A stretch of DNA of 64,000 nt, from contig JAKQNG010000197.1 of the NCBI GenBank assembly GCA_029565915.1, positions 12,759-76,758 of the forward strand. The letters run 5' to 3'. Positions 9,895 through 19,782 of the stretch are shown in pieces; position 1 is the stretch's first letter, and every line of letters starts with the position of its first letter. A program made the translations under genes and the position numbers. Below the pieces are notes generated by a model. It made no database searches and was not told the origin of the DNA. It was given only the letters and a program-made list of their open reading frames with translations. The DNA is from Deltaproteobacteria bacterium (GTDB lineage: Bacteria; Myxococcota_A; Polyangia; JAAYKL01).

Positions 9895-9930
9895 CGGTTA
9901 TCGGTATCCGCCATCGCTTATCTGCCTTTT

Positions 9931-9951
9931 CATACATCACGGATGAATGAC
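9931..9951. promoter_or_regulatory. Imperfect inverted repeat, candidate autoregulatory operator of the DtxR-family gene
   Basis: TCATACATC-acg-GATGAATGA has 8/9 complementary arms. It lies 37 bp upstream of the regulator start, in the divergent intergenic region shared with the EF-G paralog. Confidence 0.25.
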
Positions 9952-10052
9952 TTTAAAATTAAATGAGCCCCGGCCGTAGTGGATTGATTTTATCGCCTGA
10001 TTGGTCTACGTTGCTCCTTCCTGAAAATGGCATCAACCGTCGGAGAATCACC

Positions 10053-12131
10053 ATGAAAAAGTACGACACCAGGCTTATCCGGAACATCTGTTTCGCCGGA
10101 CATCTCGGCAGCGGCAAAACCTCCCTTGCGGAGGCGATTCTGTTCAACGCGGGCGCGACGAGCCGGCTCGGCTCGGTCATGGACGGTACCTCGACGTTCG
10201 ATTTTGAACCCGAAGAAATCAAGCGACAGGGTTCTATTTCGGCGGCGTTTGCCGCGGCCGAGTGGAAGAAGTTCAAGATTCAGCTCTGCGATACTTCGGG
10301 TGACTCCAACTTTTTTGTGGACTCCCGCAATACGCTGGCGGTCAACGACATCGCGGCGATTGTCATTTCGGCCGTGGACGGTGTTCAGGTGGTGACCGAA
10401 AAGCTGTTTCAGGTCGCGGCGGACAACAACATCCCCGCGGTGGTCATCATCAATAAAATGGATCGGGAGCGATCAAGTTTCTCGACGGCCCTGTCCCAGG
10501 CCCAGGAATCCCTGTCGCGGAAGATCGCTCCGGTCATCATTCCCATCGGTGCCGAGGACAGCTTCACGGGCGTAGTGGACGTGCTGAAGAACAAGGCATG
10601 GTCATTCCCTGCGGATGGATCCAGAAATGTCTCTGAAATCCCGGTGCCGGCGGATCTCGAAGCGGACGTGCAGAGCGCCCGCGAGGCGCTGGTCGAAGTC
10701 ATTGCGGAATCAGATGACGTATTAATGGAAAAGTATCTGGAAACCATGGAGCTCACCGAAGACGAAATTCGCATCGCTCTGCCGAAGGCTATTTCGTCAG
10801 GTGCGCTGATCCCCGCCGTCGCCGCCTCCGCAACAAAGAACGTGGGCATCGCGCCGCTGCTCGACCTGATTTGCGACAGCTTCCCCTCGCCGGCGGATCG
10901 CCCCGCGCGCACCGCAAAGGTCGGCGACAACACCGTTGAGATTGCACCGACGGAGGATCAGCCCTTTGCCGCAACGGTGTTCAAGACGGTACAGGACAAG
11001 TTTACCGGTTCTCTGGCCATCTGCCGCATCTGGTCGGGCACCATCGAAGCCGACAGCGGGTTCTTCAACGCGACGCGCAGCGAAAAGGAGCGGTTCGGCC
11101 AGATTCTGGTGCCCATGGGCAAGAAGCAGGACAACGTGCCGAAGGCCGGCGCGGGCGACATCATCGCCTTTGCCAAGCTGAAGGAAACCAAGGTCGGCGA
11201 TTCCATCTGCGACGAGTCGCGGAAGGTCATTTTCCCGGCCCTGCCCACCATCAATCCGGTTATCACCTACGCGGTGCATGCCAGGGACAAGAACGAAGAA
11301 GACAAACTCGGCCAGGCGCTGAACCGCATCGCCGAAGAAGATCCGACCATCCACATCATCCGCAACAAGGAAGTGAAGCAGACCCAGATCGCCGGGATGG
11401 GTCAGGTGCACATCGATACGGCCATCGAGAAAATCAAGCGGATCTTCGATATTGAAGTGGAATTGCTGCCCCCGCGGATTCCCTACCGGGAGACCATCCG
11501 TAAAAAAGTGCAGAATGTGGAAGGCAAGCACAAGAAGCAGTCCGGCGGACGGGGACAGTTCGGTGTCTGCTATCTGCATGTGGAGCCGAATCCCGCAATG
11601 GGTTTCGAGTTCGTAAATGCCATCGTCGGCGGATCCATTCCCAGACAATGGATTCCGTCTGTCGAAAAGGGGATTGTTGATCGCATGGAACGGGGCGTCA
11701 TCGCCGGTTATCCGGTGGTGGATGTGAAGGTCACGCTGTATGACGGCAAGTACCACGATGTGGACTCTTCCGACGCGGCGTTCCAGATGGCCGGATCAAA
11801 GGGATTCAAGGCGGCCACGGAGCAGGCAGGGCCCTATCTGCTCGAGCCCATCTGGAATCTCGAAGTCGTGTGCCCGGAGGACTGCATGGGAGACGTGATG
11901 GGCGACATCAGCTCCCGGCGCGGAAGAGTGCAGGGCATGGAAGCCAGCGGACACAATCAGATTGTCCGTGCCCAGGCGCCCATGGCTGAGCTTCTCCGTT
12001 ACGCACCGGACTTGAATTCGATTACGGGGGGGCGCGGTACCTTCACGGTGAGTTTTTCCCACTACGAAGAAGTACCCCGGGAAATTCAGGAAAAAGTCGT
12101 CGCCGAGTACAAGCACGAAGAAGAAGAGTAG
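10053..12131 (+). CDS. Elongation factor G-like GTPase (EF-G paralog)
   Basis: G1 motif GHLGSGKTS, DTSG switch, NKMD (G4), and EF-G domains II-V. Start at MKKYDTRLIRNI with a GGAGA RBS. Confidence 0.85.
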   Translation: MKKYDTRLIRNICFAGHLGSGKTSLAEAILFNAGATSRLGSVMDGTSTFDFEPEEIKRQGSISAAFAAAEWKKFKIQLCDTSGDSNFFVDSRNTLAVNDIAAIVISAVDGVQVVTEKLFQVAADNNIPAVVIINKMDRERSSFSTALSQAQESLSRKIAPVIIPIGAEDSFTGVVDVLKNKAWSFPADGSRNVSEIPVPADLEADVQSAREALVEVIAESDDVLMEKYLETMELTEDEIRIALPKAISSGALIPAVAASATKNVGIAPLLDLICDSFPSPADRPARTAKVGDNTVEIAPTEDQPFAATVFKTVQDKFTGSLAICRIWSGTIEADSGFFNATRSEKERFGQILVPMGKKQDNVPKAGAGDIIAFAKLKETKVGDSICDESRKVIFPALPTINPVITYAVHARDKNEEDKLGQALNRIAEEDPTIHIIRNKEVKQTQIAGMGQVHIDTAIEKIKRIFDIEVELLPPRIPYRETIRKKVQNVEGKHKKQSGGRGQFGVCYLHVEPNPAMGFEFVNAIVGGSIPRQWIPSVEKGIVDRMERGVIAGYPVVDVKVTLYDGKYHDVDSSDAAFQMAGSKGFKAATEQAGPYLLEPIWNLEVVCPEDCMGDVMGDISSRRGRVQGMEASGHNQIVRAQAPMAELLRYAPDLNSITGGRGTFTVSFSHYEEVPREIQEKVVAEYKHEEEE

Positions 12132-12156
12132 CCGACCAACCGTCCAGCGTTTTTTT

Positions 12157-14016
12157 CTATTTGCCGAAAATCTTTCCGAAAAGGCCCTTTTTCTTCCCTC
12201 CGCCGGGGAAGTCGCCGGGGCCGGTCAGATCGTCGTCTGCACCCATGGTTGGTGGAGCGACGAACGGTGGCGGCATGACCGGCGGCGGCAGGGAAGGTGG
12301 CGGCAGGGAGCGCCGCTGAGCCACCAGCCTGGCGAGATCGGCCGGCAGCGCGTCATCGGGAAGGGTTTCCGGGGCATGGGAGACGCGCGCCAGGTGCTGT
12401 TCCCGTTCGCTGACGGGGTGTTCGGTCCGGGTCGCCTCACCGTCAAAAATGTCATCCAGCGCAGGGCCAACGGAACCGCCTTCCAGCAGGGATTCGCTCC
12501 AGGTGGGTCTCGGCAGGGCGTCATCCTTTGACAGGTCTTCGATCAGAGTGCCGATCCGGTCGTTGGCGGACACGGTCTCATCGTCGTCCTCAAGAGGTTC
12601 CGGTTCAAAGACGTCGTCATCGCCGATCAGCTCGTCCACCATGTGCCGGGGAACCGCCGTGGAAACCTCAATGTCCATCTCATCGGTGGATTCGGCGATA
12701 ATGTAGTCCTTCGCGTCGAGGAAGCCGCTGTCATCAAAATCCATATCCGAATCCTCGATGTGTTCTCCAATGATGATGGAATCGTCCAGCTCATCGTCGT
12801 CGTCGAGAACAATCGCATCGTCGTCGTCGAGAGACGCCACATCCAACTCTCCGCTGTCGGAACGCAGGGACGACGCGGTGATGATGCCGGTGGCGTCTTC
12901 GTCTTCATCGGCCTCTATCGAAGAGCTCGGTGCAATGGACAGGGGGGGGACGGACAAAGGTTCCACGCCGTCGGGTTCCAGGGTTTCGGTGAGGCCGCCG
13001 TCTCCGATTTCGGACGAAATCAGATCGGCGATGCTGGTGCTGGTGCTTCGGGGTTTCGGGCGATGGAGCGCGGGCACGTCCGTCCGCGGGACCGGCGGCG
13101 CAGCAGAAATCTTCTTTGGCGGCGGAAGTTCGTCGCCCGGCATCTGGATGGCATCAAACGCGGCAATGACGTCGTCGATTTCTTCCTGGTCAGCCTCAAT
13201 GCGGGCGGCCTTCTGCTCTGCCTTGCGCTTCTGCTCGGCTGCCCTTGCCCGGGCCTGAATGATGTCCTCTTCGTCGGCCTTCTGTCGGACTTCCTGTTCA
13301 GCCTTCTGCCGGGCTTCTTCATCAGCCTTCTGTCGGGCGTCCTGTTCAGCCTTCTGCCGGGCTTCTTCATCAGCCTTCTGCCGGGCCTCCTGTTCAGCCT
13401 TCTGCCGCGCTTCCTGTTCGGCCTTCTGCCGCGCTTCTTCGGCTGAACGGTCTTCCGCGGGTGGATCGGCGGATTCCCCATGGACCTTCTTGTGCCGTTT
13501 CTTCAGTGTGCCTGCCGCGATGTCCTCCAGCATGGAATCCACATCGCTCAGGCTCACATCGGAATGCCGATGCCGACGGACCCGGTGCGCGTCGCCCTCA
13601 TGAGCATCCTGCACAGCGGCGGTTGTTTCCGGCGCCGGCTCCGTCACTGCCGGCGGCGGCGCTTCCGAATACCTGGAGGGCCCGAGCACGTCGTCCTGTT
13701 TCTTGTGGACGAGGATCTTGCGGATGGTTTCCTTGCTGGTTGCATCCAGCTTGAGAAATTTGATTCCCATTCCCGCGGGCTTGCTGCCCTCGTCGAGTGT
13801 CCTGTTCCACGCCACTTCGCCCAGACCCAGCAGCACGACCGTGTCGTCCGCCAGCTTCAGCTCGAATTTAACCGGTGTCCCCACCTCGCGAGGTTGCGGG
13901 GTCTTGAAGAAAATGCCGTACTTGGAAACGTTCTGTGCATACCCTGTTACAAAGGATTCCACCGTCGGATACTTCAACTTCGCCCGTATCACTGCATGTT
14001 TCGATGCTTCGGTCAC
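12157..14016 (-). CDS. PilZ-like N-domain protein with TolA-like 8-aa repeats, acidic disordered region and C-terminal basic amphipathic tail
   Basis: GTG start. The N-terminal ~105 aa has a PilZ-fold pattern (NVSKYG, GMGIKFL), followed by (EEARQKAEQ)n repeats, a long D/E-rich low-complexity region, and a C-terminus GGGKKKGLFGKIFGK resembling a MinD-type membrane-targeting helix. Confidence 0.6.
   Translation of the reverse strand: MTEASKHAVIRAKLKYPTVESFVTGYAQNVSKYGIFFKTPQPREVGTPVKFELKLADDTVVLLGLGEVAWNRTLDEGSKPAGMGIKFLKLDATSKETIRKILVHKKQDDVLGPSRYSEAPPPAVTEPAPETTAAVQDAHEGDAHRVRRHRHSDVSLSDVDSMLEDIAAGTLKKRHKKVHGESADPPAEDRSAEEARQKAEQEARQKAEQEARQKADEEARQKAEQDARQKADEEARQKAEQEVRQKADEEDIIQARARAAEQKRKAEQKAARIEADQEEIDDVIAAFDAIQMPGDELPPPKKISAAPPVPRTDVPALHRPKPRSTSTSIADLISSEIGDGGLTETLEPDGVEPLSVPPLSIAPSSSIEADEDEDATGIITASSLRSDSGELDVASLDDDDAIVLDDDDELDDSIIIGEHIEDSDMDFDDSGFLDAKDYIIAESTDEMDIEVSTAVPRHMVDELIGDDDVFEPEPLEDDDETVSANDRIGTLIEDLSKDDALPRPTWSESLLEGGSVGPALDDIFDGEATRTEHPVSEREQHLARVSHAPETLPDDALPADLARLVAQRRSLPPPSLPPPVMPPPFVAPPTMGADDDLTGPGDFPGGGKKKGLFGKIFGK
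13255..13445. repeat. Approximately seven imperfect 24-bp tandem repeats (cagccttctgccgggcttcttcat)
   Basis: Direct tandem repeats seen in the sequence, encoding the EEARQKAEQ/QEARQKAD repeat block of the PilZ-like protein. Confidence 0.7.
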
Positions 14017-14037
14017 GTGTGCGTTCCTCGCTTGGTT

Positions 14038-16689
14038 CTATCCGGCCGGCTGCATGACGCGATCATAGATGAGAGCCACCGCATCGGCCAGTCGTCCCAC
14101 TTCCGTACCGCCCGCCTGGGCCAGATCCGGACGCCCGCCGCCCCGCCCGCCGACCACCTTTGCGATGTCGCCGATCAGCCTGCCCGCGTGAAAACGACCG
14201 ACCAGATCCGGGGTCACCGCCACGACCAGCGCGGCCTTCCCGCCGTTGTCCCCACCCAGGCAGATGACGCCGGAACCGATTTTCTGCCGCAGCGTATCCG
14301 CGCTGTCGCGCAGTGCCGCCGGATCTCCGGTGGGCAGCACCGCACCGATGACATTTACACCGGCAACCTTCTTCATCTGACTCATCAGGTCCGCCCCGCC
14401 GCCACTGGCCAGCTCCCGCTGCAGCTTTTCAACCTGGCGCACCAGTTCCTTTTCGCGGACGACGCATTTTTCCACTCGATCGAGGAGCGTTGATGGGGTC
14501 GTTTTCAACAGGTCCGCACAGGCGGCCATCCGCTCCCGTTCCCGGGCGATGAAAGCCACCGCCGCGTGACCACAGACCGCTTCAATGCGCCGCACGCCCG
14601 CTGCGACACCACCTTCGCTGACAATGAAGAAGGGGCCAACGTCGCCGCTGCGGGACGCGTGGGTGCCGCCGCAGAGTTCGCGGCTCTGTCCACCCACGTC
14701 GACGAGCCGTACCCGATCACCGTAGTTTTCTTCGAACAGGGCCATGGCACCGGTGGCCCTGGCGTCCTGCAGGGAGGTGACCGTCGTCTCCACCGGATAA
14801 TTGTCAATCACCAGTTCTGCGACGATGCGCTCAATGTCCCGGAGCTGTGCATCCGGGAGGGCTTCGAAATGCGTGAAGTCGAACCGCAGGGAATCGGGTG
14901 CCACCCGGGATCCCTTCTGGGTCGCGTGAGGGCCCAGCACCCGCCGGATGGCGAGATGGAGCAGATGGGTAGCCGTGTGGTGGCGGGCAATATCCTTGCG
15001 CCGATCACCGTCCACGGTCGCCGTGATCGGATCGCCTGCCCGGAAAGTGCCTCCGGCCACGCGGACGCGATGGGCGAAGAGACCCGGGAGAGGTCTGGTC
15101 ACATCCGTCACCGTCGCCTCCGCGCCCGCCGCCGTCAACCGGCCCGTATCCCCCACCTGGCCGCCGGACTCTCCGTAGAAGGGCGTCCGCGACAGGACGA
15201 TGTCGCCTTCCTGTCCCGCAGACAGGGACTGTACCGACGCACCATCGACGACGATGCCCAGCACCACGGCGTCGTCCGTCAGGCGATCATAACCGGTGAA
15301 CTCGGTTTTCCCCCGGGCTTCCAGGATGTCCCGATAACCGGGCGCCGCGGCTTCTTCGCCGATCCGCCCGGCACCGGAGCGGAGCTTGTGGGAATCCTTC
15401 GCGCTCTCGTAGCCGTCGTAATCCACGGTGAATCCGTCTTCCGCGCCGATGACCTCCACCAGGTCGAGGGGAAATCCATATGTGGCAGAAAGTTCGAACG
15501 CGATATTTCCGGGCAGGATCCGTTTCCCCGCCGGTCCCTGGTGCCAGTCGCTGTTCTCCGCGAGCAGCGAGAGTCCCCGGGTCAGGGTCAGGCGGAATCG
15601 CTCCTCTTCCTGGGCGCACACCTTTTCGATGAGCTCCCGGCGCTCCACCAGCTCCGGATAGGCGCTCCCCATGCCGTCCACGACGGCCATGGCCACCCGG
15701 TGGAGGAACAGGTCCTCGATACCCAGTCGATGTCCGTGGCGGATGGCCCGGCGCATCACCCGGCGCAGCACGTATTCGCGTCCGGTCTTTTCGGGAAAGA
15801 TGCCTTCGGAAATCAGATGAGCCGCCATCCGGGCGTGGTCCGCGATGACCCGCATGGACACGTCGTCCTCCGCATCCGAGCCGTATTTCTTTTTCGCGAT
15901 AGTGCCGGCCAGGGACACGAGGGGCGCGAACAAGTCGATGTCGTAGTTGGATTCCACGTTCTGCAGCACGGAAACGATGCGTTCGAGGCCCGCGCCCGTG
16001 TCGATGCAGGGGGCCGGCAGCTTTTTCATGGGTCCGCCCGCTTCCTCCACCATGTACTGCATGAACACCAGGTTCCAGACTTCGAAGAAGCGCTCGCCGT
16101 TTTCGAGTTTTGCTTCGCCGAAGCGCTCACCGCGGTCGTACATGATTTCTGAACAGGGGCCGCAGGGGCCCGTGTCGCCCATGGACCAGAAATTGTCCGC
16201 GGCAGATCCCTCCAGCACCCGCTCCGCCGGCACGCCGAGCTGCTGTGTCCAGATGCGGACGGCCTCTTCGTCCCGTGGGGCATTGTCATCCCCGCGGAAG
16301 ACAGATACCCACAGACGGCTCCTGTCGAAGCCGAGCACGTCCGTCAGGAATTCCCAGCCGAACCGGCAGGCGTCCTGCTTGAAGTAATCGCCGAAGGAAA
16401 AGTTGCCCAGCATCTCGAAAAATGTGTGGTGACGGCTGGTGCGTCCGACGTTTTCGAGGTCGTTGTGTTTGCCGCTGATGCGGATGCACTTCTGCACCGT
16501 GGTGGCGCGGGGCGCGGGGCGCTTCTGACGGCCGGTGAACACGTTCTTGAACTGCACCATTCCCGCGTTGGCGAACATGAGGGTCGGATCCTGCGGCGGT
16601 ACAAGGGAACCGGAGGGAATCACCTGATGGCCGTTCGATTCGAAATAGCGAAGGAATGCGCTTCTGACGTCACTGGTGGTTCTGATCAT
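14038..16689 (-). CDS. alaS: Alanine--tRNA ligase
   Basis: 883 aa. N-terminus MIRTTSDVRSAFLRYFESNGHQVIPSGSLVPPQDPTLMFANAGMVQFK is diagnostic of AlaRS. Editing and C-Ala domains are present. Confidence 0.97.
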   Translation of the reverse strand: MIRTTSDVRSAFLRYFESNGHQVIPSGSLVPPQDPTLMFANAGMVQFKNVFTGRQKRPAPRATTVQKCIRISGKHNDLENVGRTSRHHTFFEMLGNFSFGDYFKQDACRFGWEFLTDVLGFDRSRLWVSVFRGDDNAPRDEEAVRIWTQQLGVPAERVLEGSAADNFWSMGDTGPCGPCSEIMYDRGERFGEAKLENGERFFEVWNLVFMQYMVEEAGGPMKKLPAPCIDTGAGLERIVSVLQNVESNYDIDLFAPLVSLAGTIAKKKYGSDAEDDVSMRVIADHARMAAHLISEGIFPEKTGREYVLRRVMRRAIRHGHRLGIEDLFLHRVAMAVVDGMGSAYPELVERRELIEKVCAQEEERFRLTLTRGLSLLAENSDWHQGPAGKRILPGNIAFELSATYGFPLDLVEVIGAEDGFTVDYDGYESAKDSHKLRSGAGRIGEEAAAPGYRDILEARGKTEFTGYDRLTDDAVVLGIVVDGASVQSLSAGQEGDIVLSRTPFYGESGGQVGDTGRLTAAGAEATVTDVTRPLPGLFAHRVRVAGGTFRAGDPITATVDGDRRKDIARHHTATHLLHLAIRRVLGPHATQKGSRVAPDSLRFDFTHFEALPDAQLRDIERIVAELVIDNYPVETTVTSLQDARATGAMALFEENYGDRVRLVDVGGQSRELCGGTHASRSGDVGPFFIVSEGGVAAGVRRIEAVCGHAAVAFIARERERMAACADLLKTTPSTLLDRVEKCVVREKELVRQVEKLQRELASGGGADLMSQMKKVAGVNVIGAVLPTGDPAALRDSADTLRQKIGSGVICLGGDNGGKAALVVAVTPDLVGRFHAGRLIGDIAKVVGGRGGGRPDLAQAGGTEVGRLADAVALIYDRVMQPAG

Positions 16690-16909
16690 GAATGTCGTGC
16701 CCGTTCTTTATTTGTCATACAAATTCGACAGTACTTAAAATCGTTTTTCTTTAACAGATCGATGGTGTGCTTGCAACCGGTCCCGGTACGGGGTTTTTTG
16801 CGGAAGACGAACCAAACAGACCGACAGGCATCCGGGCAGGCCACATTATTCTTGACAAATCTGCATCTGCCGGGATACGAAAGCCGCCTGTTTTTCAACG
16901 GAGGATACC

Positions 16910-17179
16910 TTGGCCAATCATCAGCAAGCAAAAAAGAGAGCCCGCCAGACCACGAAGCGGAATACGAGAAACGCCGCACTTCGCTCGACCACGCGCAAGT
17001 GCGTCACCCGCGTCCGCGCGGCCGTTGCCGCCGGCGATGCCGCTCCCGCGAAGGAAGCCCTGGAAACGGCCATTTCCCAGCTGGATCGGATGGTGACAAA
17101 AGATATCGTGAAGCGCCACACCGCGTCCCGCACGATTTCGCGCCTGACCGTCGCCGTCAACAAGATGGCATCGAAGTAA
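16910..17179 (+). CDS. rpsT: 30S ribosomal protein S20
   Basis: TTG start preceded by a GGAGGA RBS. MANHQQAKKRARQTTKRNTRNAALRS matches S20. Confidence 0.93.
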   Translation: MANHQQAKKRARQTTKRNTRNAALRSTTRKCVTRVRAAVAAGDAAPAKEALETAISQLDRMVTKDIVKRHTASRTISRLTVAVNKMASK

Positions 17180-18185
17180 TTCCCGCTCTTTCCTGACCCG
17201 GAAAACACAGGTCCAGCAGCGCTTCTTCGAGCACCCGTTCGCCGGGTCGGCGACAGGATTTCAGCTGCAGGTCAACCTGAGCGAGTCGCTGCAGGGCGGT
17301 CTCCAGAGCGGGCCCCGAAAAGCCATTGCTCTGGGACACCAGCTTGTTGGCCACGAAGGGCGACACCCCCAGCGACTGCGCCACATCGCTGTCCGTCATG
17401 CCGGCGCGACGGTGGATACGCACCAGCAGCAGCTGCCGGATGTGCCGGGCCAGCATCGCGTTGATGCGAATGGGTTCTTCCCGGTTGGCCAGCAGCTCCA
17501 GCAGGTAGCGGATGGCCCGGGGCGCCTGTCGTTGTCCCAGGGCATCCACCAGTTCGAACACAGAGTGGCGTCGGACCGACGTCACCACCTGCTCCACGTG
17601 GGCGGGTTCCACCCGATCACCTCCGGCGAAGAGTCCCGTCCGTTCCAGCGCATCGCTGAGAGCGGCACAGTCCGTACCCACCGCGTCGGCAATGGCTTCC
17701 GCCGCACCCCGGCCGAGGGAGATGTCCGCCTGTTGTGCGCACCGGGTCACAAAGGCGGCCGATTCCCGATCCTTCAGGGGTTCGGCCCGGTGAACCATCT
17801 TCAGCCCGTTCGCCTTTTTGAACAGACCCTTGCGCAGATCGAATTTCTGGCCGATGAGCACGAGGCACGCTTCTGTCACCGGTCCATCCAGATAGGCCGC
17901 CAGCACCTCCATGTCCGCCGCCCGCAGCTTTTCCACATCGTCGACGATGACGAGCCGCCGCGCCGCCATCATGGGCAGGGATTTCACCTCGGCCACTACC
18001 TGTGCGCCGGTCACCTCGGAGGCCTTCTTCCGGCTGTAATTGAACGAACCCATGGGCCCGGAAACCGCGATGGCCTTCAGGGCTTCGACAAATCGTTCGA
18101 TGAGGAACGGCTCTTCTCCGTGCAGCAGGTAGACGGGCGCCAGATTTTCGACCGAGAGTCCCCGCATCAGTGACAGGATGTCCAT
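17157..18185 (-). CDS. holA: DNA polymerase III subunit delta
   Basis: 342 aa with the HolA pattern (LHGEEPFLIERFVEALKAI...). It overlaps the rpsT 3' end convergently by 23 bp. Confidence 0.8.
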   Translation of the reverse strand: MDILSLMRGLSVENLAPVYLLHGEEPFLIERFVEALKAIAVSGPMGSFNYSRKKASEVTGAQVVAEVKSLPMMAARRLVIVDDVEKLRAADMEVLAAYLDGPVTEACLVLIGQKFDLRKGLFKKANGLKMVHRAEPLKDRESAAFVTRCAQQADISLGRGAAEAIADAVGTDCAALSDALERTGLFAGGDRVEPAHVEQVVTSVRRHSVFELVDALGQRQAPRAIRYLLELLANREEPIRINAMLARHIRQLLLVRIHRRAGMTDSDVAQSLGVSPFVANKLVSQSNGFSGPALETALQRLAQVDLQLKSCRRPGERVLEEALLDLCFPGQERAGITSMPSC

Positions 18186-18299
18186 GGGCCGACTCTACAC
18201 ACAGGGCCGTCGCCGGGACAACCGCAAAACTTTGTATTGAGAAGGAGGCCCCATGTGTGCTTTATTGCGCGGCGAAAACAATGCACCAGAGGCGGTGCG

Positions 18300-18590
18300 A
18301 TGGAGCAGAACATGGCCGATATCAGCATTCAAAAAAATCATTCCCTGGACGTGAACACATTGAAGGAGCGCCTGCAGAAGGTTTCCGCCGAGCTGGAAAA
18401 GAAGTTCGGCCTGAAAACGGACTGGAGCGGCAATTCCTGCCGGCTGTCCGGCACGGGCCTCAAGTCGGCGGAGGTGTCGTTCGACGCGGCGACAGTGTCC
18501 ATCGAAATCACGCTGGGCATGCTCGGCAAAGCCCTGAAACCCACCATCGAAAAGCAGATCCACGCGGAATTCGACAAGGTCATTTCCTGA
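18300..18590 (+). CDS. Putative polyhydroxyalkanoic-acid system family protein (~96 aa)
   Basis: MEQNMADISIQKNHSLDVNTLKERLQKVSAELEKKFGLKTDWSGNSCRLSGTGLKSAEVSFDAATVSIEITLG resembles the small PHA system protein family (recalled, not searched). Confidence 0.45.
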   Translation: MEQNMADISIQKNHSLDVNTLKERLQKVSAELEKKFGLKTDWSGNSCRLSGTGLKSAEVSFDAATVSIEITLGMLGKALKPTIEKQIHAEFDKVIS

Positions 18591-18664
18591 ACGGCCGCCG
18601 GTTTTTTTCCGGTCGGGACACCCCGGTCGTGAAAGCGACAATCATTCGCGAATTGGGAAATGAG

Positions 18665-19528
18665 TCAGAATTCCGCGCCGGCGCTGAGAGATCCGTAGAC
18701 CATGTATTCGTCGCCCACGAGGGCCTTTGTGCCGTCGGCATTGGTATGGAGGTTCGTCCAGGCCGCGCTGATGGCCGGCGTCACATAAAACCCGTCCGGC
18801 ATAGAGATGGGAAATCCCGCGTTGAAGGCGATGTCGACAACATTGTTGCCGGCCTCCCTCGTCGCTTCGTCCGTCCAGACCTTGAAGCCCGCGGACAGGC
18901 CCAGATCCATGCCGAACGCCTCGCCGAATGAGAAGCTCTTGCCCATCCACGGCTTGATGTAAAGATGGCTGTACACGTCCATGTCTCCCAGGCCGGCAAA
19001 GAATGACAGGTTCAGGCCGAAGTCGATTTTCGTCGCCAGAGAGACCCCGATCAGGGGCTCGATGAGGGACGGGTTCTTCGAGCCGTTCACCGCCTCGCTG
19101 GCAAACGGATAGAAGTAGTACGTGAAGGCGGTGCTGAGGGTGAGCAGGTCATCCTTGAACCCTTTGTCGTAGCCCACGAACAGATCCTGCTCATGGCCCA
19201 GTGCGTTGCGGATCACGTCCCGCCGGTTGTCCCCGGAAAGCTGGTAGGCGCCCCAGTAGCCGACATACAGCCCCGTGTTCAGGATGGCCCAGTTGATGGA
19301 CGGGAAGAACGCCGCGTGGCTGTCCATCTGGGCATCTTCCTTGAACACGTTGATGCCGCGGAAGTTGTAGATGGACGCCACCGTCATGTCGATGCCGACG
19401 CCGTAACTCTTTTCCGCCGCCGGGGCGGTCGCGTCCTGCGCTCCGCCATCGTCCTGCGCACGGGCCACCGTGCCGATGAGCACCGCCCACATGGCTGCCA
19501 CAATCATCATGTACATTCGCAAAGACAT
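18665..19528 (-). CDS. Outer-membrane beta-barrel protein (porin/MipA-like)
   Basis: Signal peptide, alternating amphipathic beta-strands rich in Y/F/G, and a C-terminal aromatic residue (…SAGAEF). Confidence 0.6.
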   Translation of the reverse strand: MSLRMYMMIVAAMWAVLIGTVARAQDDGGAQDATAPAAEKSYGVGIDMTVASIYNFRGINVFKEDAQMDSHAAFFPSINWAILNTGLYVGYWGAYQLSGDNRRDVIRNALGHEQDLFVGYDKGFKDDLLTLSTAFTYYFYPFASEAVNGSKNPSLIEPLIGVSLATKIDFGLNLSFFAGLGDMDVYSHLYIKPWMGKSFSFGEAFGMDLGLSAGFKVWTDEATREAGNNVVDIAFNAGFPISMPDGFYVTPAISAAWTNLHTNADGTKALVGDEYMVYGSLSAGAEF

Positions 19529-19782
19529 CGAAGACCTCCACCTGAGTTGGACCGGCCGTCGAGGGACCGGTAGTTGACGGTCCGGAACTTCTCAATTCCC
19601 GTGCCACCTTCCGCGGGCGGACAAAAAAACAATCAGAATCGGTGGGTTGCGGGGAAACGGACGGCTTCGGGGACCTGTCGAAATGGTTCAAAATCGTGTC
19701 GTTTGCGTTTTCCGGGACGGAATTGTCCAATGTCGGAGCGGAGGTTGACAGGATCGGGTCCGGTGCACAGGATGGTCATTCA

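Noticed and set aside
14566-16152. 528-aa + strand ORF
   Set aside because: Antisense to alaS.
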